A stretch of DNA of 60,680 nt. Source: Acidobacteriota bacterium (lineage in GTDB: Bacteria > Acidobacteriota > Terriglobia > Acidiferrales > 2-02-FULL-67-57). The notes under the pieces are model-generated. The model was given only the letters and a program-made list of their open reading frames with translations. It ran no database searches and was not told where the DNA came from. Shown in pieces: positions 53,769 through 60,680 of the stretch (position 1 is the first letter of the stretch; each line of letters opens with the position of its first letter). The translations under genes were made by a program, and so were the position numbers. The stretch is from assembly GCA_022571295.1 (NCBI GenBank), contig JACZYA010000001.1:1-60680 (forward strand), given 5' to 3'.

Positions 53769-56042
53769 CTAGAAGCGAAACAGGTAGGAAAACTTGACGA
53801 AGAATTGCTTGCTGGTTTCCAGCAGGCTCCGCCGGGTTCGCAGCAATTCATCGTTAACTTCAATCAGCCGGGGATCCAGGTTTTCCAGGGCATTACTGTA
53901 GCCGATGAACAGTGCCGTGCCGGGGTTGACCAGGTAGGTAATGAGAAAGTCGCCGGTGAATCGTTTGGTCGGGGTGAGGGAGGTCAGGGTGGAGTTCACG
54001 AGGTTGGCATCGTATTGCAGGATGAGCCGGAGCGAGAGTTCCCGGTTTATCTGGTAGTTCACCTTGGAGCGTAGGATGTGGTTGTTGAAGACGCTAATCC
54101 CGGTCTCCCGCTGTTTGAGCCGCGTGAAGAAGTAGGAGTTTTGGATGCTCAGCGGCGTGATGGGCAGAAAGGTGGTGCGCAGCCGGATGTTCGTAAACTG
54201 GCCCAGGAAGGGATTCAGACCGTCGGGAGGATCGAAATTGATCTCCGTTCCTCGTTGGTACCGGAGGTCAACCTCCACCTGGGGAATCCAGGCGCTGAAG
54301 GCCTCGACCACCAGACGCCGCTTGGAGAAGCGGATACCCTCGAAGAACTCGCCGTTGTTGCGGTACTGCACCTCAAATCTGGTGCGCCGGCGGAAGTCGA
54401 AGCTGATGCCCGGCGAGGTGGTCCAGTCCTGCGGCACCCCGGAGTGATCCCAGTTCCGCCGGAGAAACAGCCGGGGTGTCCAGGAGATCAGGTGTCCACC
54501 GTTCGCCCAGAAGCGATAGACGGTGAACTGGCGCAACTCGCGCAGGTCAACGCGGCGCACGAACCCCAGGTCGGTGTTAAAGCCTGCACTGAAATCGTCG
54601 TAGCTGAGGGAGTAATCAAAGCTACGTCCGGAGCGCCCCAGCCGTGCGTTGTAGGCCGGCCCGGCCAGGAGCTCTCCTTCCACCGTCCGCGTGCTGCTCG
54701 CCAGGCCTTGAAATTGAAAGTCCCAGGTGGGAGAGAATTTGAGCCGGCCGTCTATGCCGCCCACCCGGTTGTAGCCGTTTTCGATTTCGCGGTTGGTAAA
54801 GATGGCGCCCAGGGAGGACTGCTCCAGGATATCGTGGCTGATGCGCAGGATTCCAATCCGAGCTCGTTTGCCGAACAGGGGATCGTCGGCTGTGACGACT
54901 CTTCCCGGAGCCTGGTCGTCGGTGAACAAAACCCCGATGGCGGTATTGCCCACCTTCCCGGTCAGGCGCACGCCCATTTGCGGGTCGGCAATGCGGCGGG
55001 TGAAAACCAGATTGATGGGGGTGGCAAAGAAGCTGGCGTTCTCCAGAAAGAAAGGACGCTTCTCCGGGAAGAAGACCTCGAAGCGCTGATTGACGGTCAC
55101 CTGGGGTTCGTCGGATTCCACCTGGCTGAAGTCGGGATTTAAGGTAATGTCCAAGACCAGGCTGTCGCGAAGCACGACCTTGGTGTCGAGACCGATATCG
55201 ACATCGGCCCGGTCGCGCACAAACTCGCGGTTCAACTCGTCCAGCGCGCGCGAGGAGCGGAAGAATCCAAACGGGACAAATTGCAGGTTGCGACCCAGCG
55301 AGATGCCTTCGATTCCGTTGAGGGTGGCTGCCTGTTGGAGCAGCCCTGACACCCGATTGGTCACAGGCGGCCAAAAACTGGTTTCATTGTTGCGGGGGAT
55401 GACCCGCACTAGCACGATGCCCCAGGTTTGCTGCGGGCGGGACGAGAAACGGAGACTCTTGAAGGGGATGGCCAAGCGGATCACGTAGCCGTCATCGGTG
55501 CGCAGGCTGCTGGTATGCCAGAGGGTATCGAAAGAAAAGGGAGAGTCCCCTCGACGTGGTGCCCGCCCTTCCAGTAAACCATCAACGCCGACCCCGCCTT
55601 CGCGGTAGAGGGCATCCGCTTGGATGGCGTGCGGGTTGGCCATGAAGACGAAAGCGCGGCGCCGGTCATGAAAGGTGTCCAGGATAATGCCCACGCGGTC
55701 ATCGGCGAAGATGTCTTCCCGGCGGGCCATGCGCGCGCGAATCTTCTCCGGCTCCCGGTCGGAGCAAACAAACACGGCGTAAAAGTTTTGCTGGTCGTAG
55801 CCGAGGTAGACGACCGTGGGCTGGCTGCTTTGGGCTCCGTCGTCCGGTGTTCGCTGGGTGAAGTTGTCGATGCGTAGCATCCCGTTCTCGATCGGGGAGT
55901 TCATGTCGCGGAAGTCTTCCAGGCGGGGTGGTTGGCTCACGCGGGGAATGTGCACTTCGGCGGCGAGAACCGGTATGGCGGAAAGATGGCCGGACACGAG
56001 CGCACCAACCAGGAACAGCCAAAGCCGAATGTAAGACATCAT
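53769..56042 (-). CDS. CBM9-like / DUF5916-family outer-membrane-associated protein
   Basis: ATG at 56042 with a signal peptide. The N-terminal region YLGYDQQNFYAVFVCSD...DDRVGIILDTFHDRR resembles CBM9-type domains. The C-terminus ends FVKFSYLFRF, a beta-barrel-like terminal Phe. Confidence 0.6.
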   Translation of the reverse strand: MMSYIRLWLFLVGALVSGHLSAIPVLAAEVHIPRVSQPPRLEDFRDMNSPIENGMLRIDNFTQRTPDDGAQSSQPTVVYLGYDQQNFYAVFVCSDREPEKIRARMARREDIFADDRVGIILDTFHDRRRAFVFMANPHAIQADALYREGGVGVDGLLEGRAPRRGDSPFSFDTLWHTSSLRTDDGYVIRLAIPFKSLRFSSRPQQTWGIVLVRVIPRNNETSFWPPVTNRVSGLLQQAATLNGIEGISLGRNLQFVPFGFFRSSRALDELNREFVRDRADVDIGLDTKVVLRDSLVLDITLNPDFSQVESDEPQVTVNQRFEVFFPEKRPFFLENASFFATPINLVFTRRIADPQMGVRLTGKVGNTAIGVLFTDDQAPGRVVTADDPLFGKRARIGILRISHDILEQSSLGAIFTNREIENGYNRVGGIDGRLKFSPTWDFQFQGLASSTRTVEGELLAGPAYNARLGRSGRSFDYSLSYDDFSAGFNTDLGFVRRVDLRELRQFTVYRFWANGGHLISWTPRLFLRRNWDHSGVPQDWTTSPGISFDFRRRTRFEVQYRNNGEFFEGIRFSKRRLVVEAFSAWIPQVEVDLRYQRGTEINFDPPDGLNPFLGQFTNIRLRTTFLPITPLSIQNSYFFTRLKQRETGISVFNNHILRSKVNYQINRELSLRLILQYDANLVNSTLTSLTPTKRFTGDFLITYLVNPGTALFIGYSNALENLDPRLIEVNDELLRTRRSLLETSKQFFVKFSYLFRF

Positions 56043-56208
56043 TTTCACAATTTGATGCAAGTGTTCAGGCCGACAGTGTATCTGAAGACCAGAATCACAA
56101 TCGTGTTCCTGCAGCGGTGCCGCGCGGTTGTTTTCCCCGTGGCTGACTTGCAGGAAGGGGCAGAGCCTTGGCGACCCGGAGTTTCCTGGAGATGATTACG
56201 CCAATGGT

Positions 56209-57690
56209 CTAGCTCACCCAGCGCGAAGTGATTACCTTCTTCTCGGTGTAGAACTCGATGGCGTCTTTCCCGTGCGCATGCAGGTCGCCATAGAACGATC
56301 CCTTCCAACCGGCGAAGGGGAAGTAAGGCGAAGGAGCGGGCACACTCACGTTGATGCCCACCATGCCGGCTTCAATCCGGGAGGCGAATTCGCGCCCGGC
56401 CCGCCCCGAACGCGTAAAGATGGCGGTCGCATTGCCGTAGCGAGAAGCGTTCACGATCGCAATCGCTTCCTCCAGGTCTTTGGCTTGGATGACCGCCAGC
56501 ACCGGGCCGAAAATCTCTTCCTGCGCAATGCGCATCTCGGGACGCACGCGGTCGAAGATGGTGGGACCGACGTAGTAGCCCGCCGAGCCGTCATGGGTTT
56601 TTACCGTGCGACCGTCCCGCACCAAAGCCGCGCCCTCGCGCTCGCCAATCTCGATGTACTGCAGGATGCGCTCGCGGTGAGCGGCTGAAATGACCGGTCC
56701 CATTGCGGTGTCGGGATGGTTTCCCGCGCCCACCTTGAGTGCGTCGGCGGCTTGCACCAGTTCGCGCACCAACGGGGCCCCGGCTTCACCCACAGCAACT
56801 ACCACGCTGGTGGCCAGGCAGCGCTCGCCCGCGCAGCCAAAAGCCGACGCAAGAATCGCCTTCGCGGTCGCCTTCAGGTCGCTGTCGGGCATGACCACCA
56901 GATGGTTCTTGGCGCCGCCCAGCGCCTGCACCCGCTTGCCCTTGGCGGCGGCAGTCTGGTAGATGTATTGCGCCACCGGACTCGATCCCACGAAGGAAAC
57001 CGCTTTCACCCGCGGGTCGTCGAGTAGGACATCCACAACCTCCTTGGCACCGTGCACAAGGTTCAGCACGCCCGCCGGCAGCCCAGCCTCATGGAAAAGT
57101 TCCACTAAGCGCACCCCCGTGCGCGGAACCTTGTCGGAGGGCTTGAAAATAAAAGTGTTCCCACAAGCAATCGCAAGCGGAAACATCCACAGCGGCACCA
57201 TCGCCGGAAAATTGAAGGGTGGAATGCCCAGGCAGACTCCGAGCGGCTGGCGGATCAACACGCTATCCACGCCGGTGCCGACGTTTTCCAGCGACTCGCC
57301 CATCATCAGGGTGGGAATGCCGCAAGCGAACTCGACTGCTTCGATGCCCCGCTGCACCGACCCGCGGGCTTCCTCCAGCGTCTTGCCGTGCTCGCGCGTG
57401 ACCAGTGCGGCCAGCTCCTCCCGGTGCTCTTCCAACAGGTGGCGGTAGCGGAATAGGATTCGCGCGCGCTGCGGCGTCGGGCACTGCCGCCAGGAAGGAA
57501 AAGCCGTGTGCGCCACCTGGATGGCACTCTGAACTTCCTCCTCGGTGCAATAAGGAATCTGGGTACTTGGTTCACCCGTGGCCGGATTGGTGAGCGTCTC
57601 CGTGCGCCCACGCGAGAATTGCCATTCCCCTCCAATACAGATTGCGCATTGGTAGATCTGCCTCTCGACTTCGGTAGGACGGCCAGCCAT
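56209..57690 (-). CDS. mmsA: CoA-acylating methylmalonate/malonate-semialdehyde dehydrogenase
   Basis: 493 aa aldehyde dehydrogenase fold. Includes FNFPAMVPLWMFPLAIACGNTFIFKPS and the catalytic Cys region FGCAGERC. It lies directly downstream of iolB. Confidence 0.85.
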   Translation of the reverse strand: MAGRPTEVERQIYQCAICIGGEWQFSRGRTETLTNPATGEPSTQIPYCTEEEVQSAIQVAHTAFPSWRQCPTPQRARILFRYRHLLEEHREELAALVTREHGKTLEEARGSVQRGIEAVEFACGIPTLMMGESLENVGTGVDSVLIRQPLGVCLGIPPFNFPAMVPLWMFPLAIACGNTFIFKPSDKVPRTGVRLVELFHEAGLPAGVLNLVHGAKEVVDVLLDDPRVKAVSFVGSSPVAQYIYQTAAAKGKRVQALGGAKNHLVVMPDSDLKATAKAILASAFGCAGERCLATSVVVAVGEAGAPLVRELVQAADALKVGAGNHPDTAMGPVISAAHRERILQYIEIGEREGAALVRDGRTVKTHDGSAGYYVGPTIFDRVRPEMRIAQEEIFGPVLAVIQAKDLEEAIAIVNASRYGNATAIFTRSGRAGREFASRIEAGMVGINVSVPAPSPYFPFAGWKGSFYGDLHAHGKDAIEFYTEKKVITSRWVS

Positions 57691-57703
57691 AGCCTCTTCT
57701 CCC

Positions 57704-58561
57704 TCAGCGCGTCCCGTCGTGAACCAAAGGCAGGCGAGGATCGATTTCGTTCCAGGTTGAGCGCACCCAGGAGTGCTGGGGATCTTCGGTGCAGGCCAGC
57801 ACGTGCGCGCTGCCGGCCAGGAAGTTCAGATAGTACACATCGTAGCCGTGTCCGGCCACCACCGGGTGGTAGCCGTCCCGCACCAGGATCACGTCGCCAT
57901 CGTGCGCCGTTAGCGTCAAGTCGCGGGATCCGTCCGCGGTATAGAGGCGTTGATGAGCGTACCCGCCGGGTTTGTTCATGCGGTAATAATAAATCTCATC
58001 CAGATCCGCTTCGGTGGGAAGATTGTGCACGTCGTGCTTGTGCGGCGGGAAGCTGGACCAGTTCCCGCTGGGCGTGTACACCTCCACCGCAATCAGTTTG
58101 TCGGCAGGAAAGTCCGGAGGCAGTACGTCCACGATCTGGCGGGAGGCGTTGCCGCCGCCCCGCAGACTGACCGCAACGTCGCTGGGAGTGATCAGCCGGG
58201 GCGCATGCCGGGCGCTGGAAGGCACGCGGCACTCCGCCACCTCGCACGCAGTTTCAGCCTCCAGGCGCGCGCCGGAGCCGGAGGGGAGATAGAGAGCGTA
58301 GGGCAGCCCATCGAAGACGTGAGCGCGCTGGCCTATGCGTTGCTTGCCCTCGCCCCAATCGGCCGTGCAGCGGCCGCCCAGCAGCACCAGAACCACTTCC
58401 TCCTGTTCCGTCTGGGTTTCCCATGTTTCGCCCGCACCCAGGCGCCGCACAAAGAAGCTCATCCATTCCCAGTCCGCGCGTTGGCGCGGCAGGCTGAGCA
58501 ACTCGCCTGATTGCCCTGGCGGGAGGGTTTGCGAATGAACCAAGAAGTTGTCATTCTCCAT
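57704..58561 (-). CDS. iolB: 5-deoxy-glucuronate isomerase
   Basis: 285 aa. VEVYTPSGNWSSFPPHKHD...EIYYY...DGYHPVVAGHGYDVYYLNFLAG matches IolB closely from memory of the Bacillus subtilis protein. Confidence 0.85.
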   Translation of the reverse strand: MENDNFLVHSQTLPPGQSGELLSLPRQRADWEWMSFFVRRLGAGETWETQTEQEEVVLVLLGGRCTADWGEGKQRIGQRAHVFDGLPYALYLPSGSGARLEAETACEVAECRVPSSARHAPRLITPSDVAVSLRGGGNASRQIVDVLPPDFPADKLIAVEVYTPSGNWSSFPPHKHDVHNLPTEADLDEIYYYRMNKPGGYAHQRLYTADGSRDLTLTAHDGDVILVRDGYHPVVAGHGYDVYYLNFLAGSAHVLACTEDPQHSWVRSTWNEIDPRLPLVHDGTR

Positions 58562-58610
58562 GCCTGCCCCTTTCAGTCTCTTTCGCGGGAAGCGCCCCTG
58601 GCGTTTGCGG

Positions 58611-60413
58611 TTAGAGCTTCTCTGTCGCGCGGACCTTTTCGTATTCTTTGCGCGCCTCTTTCAAATACTCCGGCACGGGAATATCCCACCAGCCGTATTT
58701 GGAGAGCCCGCCCATTGAGTACTCGCGGCTGGTGAGCACCTCCACCACGCTGGGTAAGCCGGACTCCAGCGCCTCACGAACAAACGGGCCCACCTCGTTG
58801 GGCTGGTCGGTGCGCCAGGCCTTGGCGCCGAAGGCACGCGCTACCTCGGCGAAGTTGGGCGTGTAGTGTTCGCCCTGGGTGTTCTCGAACTTGGTATTGA
58901 TAACGCGCTTCTGGCCGTACTCTCCGGCCTGCAAGTTCCGGATTGATTGCCACCCGCAGTTGTTCATGATGACGTACACGATCGGGAGGTTCTTCCGCAC
59001 CGCCACCGCCAGCTCCTGCATGTTGGCCAGAAAGTCGCCGTCGCCGGCGATGCCGAGCACGCGCCGCTTGGGGGCAGCGAGCTGGGCGCCGATGGCTCCG
59101 GGAACCGTGAACCCCATGGTGGAAAAACCGCCACTGGTGATGTGGGTGCGCGGCTCGCGGAAAGGAATTTCCTGGTACACCTGGCTCTGAGACAACCCTG
59201 CGCCGGTGACCCAGATGGAATCGGGCGGCGCCACTTTGCGCACCTCGACTAGGGCGCGGGAGATCGAAACCGGCACCGCATCGGATTCCCGCCGCTCCCG
59301 GAAGGAATCAAAGAATTCCTGGCGCAGGCGGCCGATTTCAGCGAAGTAGGGCGAGTTGCGATAGTCGCGCGGCTTCTCATTCCGATCTTCCAGCGCGGCC
59401 AGCAACTGGCCCAGCGCCACCTTGGCGTCGGCGCGGATGCCGACTTCGACCGGGTAGTTCTTACCGATCTCGCGCTCTTCGATGTCAATGTGAATCAGCT
59501 TGGTGGGAGGAATGCGATAGATGTCAGCGGTGTACGAAGCGGTGGTCCAATCCACAAAGCGCGTGCCCACGGCCAGCACCAGGTCGGCACTCTGACAGAG
59601 CCGGTTGGCGCACAGGCTGCCGATGGAGCCGGGGTGCCAAGCGTAGAGCGGGTGGTCTTCGGGAAAAATCCCCTGGCCCGACCAGGTGGTGATCACCGCC
59701 GCGCCCAGGTGCTCGGCCAGCTTGCGCACTTCCTCGGCTGCGCCGGAGGTCACCGCCCCGCCCCCGACCAGCAGCACGGGCCGCTGGGCGCCGGCCAGCA
59801 ACTCGGCGGCACGCTCAATGTCTTGGGGATGACCAGCCGGACCGCGCAGCGAGCGGCGCCGAGCCGGATCGGGAATTTCGACGTCAGCGCTCTCCGCCTG
59901 AATGTCCATGGGGAGATCAATCAGCACCGGGCCGCGCCGCCCGGTGAGCATAAGGTTGAACGCCCGGTGGAGCACAAACGGCAACTGGTCCACCCGGCTG
60001 GGTTGCCACCACTGCTTGACGATGGGTTCGAGCACGCGCGGGAAATTGGCCCAGTGGGTGCGGTCGATCTCTTGCAAGACTGAGTGGCCGCGCATGTAGG
60101 TGTGAACGCTGCCGGTGAGCACCAGCACAGCGCTGGAGTCCACGTAGGCCTGGGCGACGCCGCAGGCGGTATTGACGGCGCCGGGGCCGATGGAGGTGGA
60201 CACGGCCAGTGGCTGCCCGGAGACGCGGTGGTAGGCATCAGCCAAGTGCACCGCGCATTGCTCGTGCATCATCGGGAAGGCTTCGATCTTCCCCTGCCGC
60301 TCCACCAGCGCGTCGAATAGGGGAACGTTGCCGTGGCCGGGGATGCCGACCAAGTAAGGTACCCCCTCCCGGATCAAGTACTCCACCACGATCTCCGCCC
60401 CTGTCAGTCGCAT
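58611..60413 (-). CDS. Thiamine-diphosphate-dependent enzyme of the acetolactate synthase / glyoxylate carboligase / IolD superfamily; context suggests an IolD-like role
   Basis: 600 aa. The N-terminal Pyr domain has GIPGHGN and STSIGPGAVN. The TPP motif is GDGDF...NN. Adjacency to iolB and mmsA supports the role, but by eye the sequence resembles Gcl-type enzymes at least as much as Bacillus IolD. Confidence 0.6.
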   Translation of the reverse strand: MRLTGAEIVVEYLIREGVPYLVGIPGHGNVPLFDALVERQGKIEAFPMMHEQCAVHLADAYHRVSGQPLAVSTSIGPGAVNTACGVAQAYVDSSAVLVLTGSVHTYMRGHSVLQEIDRTHWANFPRVLEPIVKQWWQPSRVDQLPFVLHRAFNLMLTGRRGPVLIDLPMDIQAESADVEIPDPARRRSLRGPAGHPQDIERAAELLAGAQRPVLLVGGGAVTSGAAEEVRKLAEHLGAAVITTWSGQGIFPEDHPLYAWHPGSIGSLCANRLCQSADLVLAVGTRFVDWTTASYTADIYRIPPTKLIHIDIEEREIGKNYPVEVGIRADAKVALGQLLAALEDRNEKPRDYRNSPYFAEIGRLRQEFFDSFRERRESDAVPVSISRALVEVRKVAPPDSIWVTGAGLSQSQVYQEIPFREPRTHITSGGFSTMGFTVPGAIGAQLAAPKRRVLGIAGDGDFLANMQELAVAVRKNLPIVYVIMNNCGWQSIRNLQAGEYGQKRVINTKFENTQGEHYTPNFAEVARAFGAKAWRTDQPNEVGPFVREALESGLPSVVEVLTSREYSMGGLSKYGWWDIPVPEYLKEARKEYEKVRATEKL

Positions 60414-60508
60414 GCCCCCCCTTTTTTGCCTAAGCGGTTAGTCGTACTGGAAGAGTAGTGTACGCAAGCAGGCGGCAGGCTGTCAAGCTGATGTACTCGT
60501 CCAGTAGA

Positions 60509-60680
60509 TTAGTGACACTTGGCCTCCTTTGATTGGGATTGCCACTGGGCCAAGAACTCGTGGGGAGTGAGGTAGCCCAGGGCTTGGTGCGGACGCACGG
60601 TGTTGTAGACCTGCTCCCAGGCCTGCAGTTCCTGATTGAGAGCCGCGATCTCCAGGGAGCACTCGGTGACTTCATAGAAC
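60509..60680 (-). mobile_element. 3' end of an rve (DDE integrase-core) transposase gene, IS481/IS3-like, truncated by the window edge
   Basis: The minus-strand frame reads ...YEVTECSLEIAALNQELQAWEQVYNTVRPHQALGYLTPHEFLAQWQSQSKEAKCH*, with the stop at 60511-60509. YNxxRPHxALGxxTP is the canonical C-terminal rve signature. Confidence 0.75.

Overview
GC-rich 60.7-kb chromosomal segment. The gene content looks Acidobacteriota-like, but that is inference only. It includes a CarboxypepD_reg-type TonB-dependent receptor, a CRTAC1/ASPIC protein, a TolB-PHP hydrolase, GH92/GH4/PIG-L glycan genes and pilMNOPQ. I can support about 48 protein genes, one tRNA and one IS fragment. In window order they are: (1) an open-ended SDR ORF with an odd in-frame junction; (2) a BchI/ChlI-like AAA+ ATPase plus vWA partner; (3) a CoA-disulfide-reductase-like flavoprotein plus CxxC redoxin; (4) a tRNA-Sec (selC) followed by a tiny basic ORF; (5) a large coiled-coil protein with a divergent class III cyclase domain; (6) housekeeping genes (SDRs, PqiC-like lipoprotein, tsaE, nnr, HAMP-PP2C phosphatase); (7) an NSS transporter with two translationally coupled small membrane ORFs; (8) a co-directional block thiE-accC-accB-M24 peptidase-pilQPONM-HTH; (9) ubiD and an RcnA-like metal transporter; (10) a roughly 2.2-kb lower-GC islet with a DUF4145-type zinc-ribbon protein, gene remnants and DoxX; (11) TolB-PHP hydrolase, CRTAC1 and a TPR protein; (12) a glycan-scavenging neighbourhood (PfkB kinase, GH4, GH92, PIG-L deacetylase, APC permease, TonB-dependent receptor, SIS protein, CBM9/DUF5916 protein); (13) iolD-like/iolB/mmsA ending against a truncated rve-type transposase at the window edge. 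No CRISPR array, rRNA, prophage or recognisable multi-gene defence system was seen. The best candidates for something undescribed are the orphan AAA+/vWA module with non-canonical Walker motifs, the lower-GC islet gene, the isolated tRNA-Sec locus, and two short structured repeat elements (9644-9779 and 29808-30027). All calls come from reading the translations and sequence by eye. Start codons are best guesses and no database search was run.
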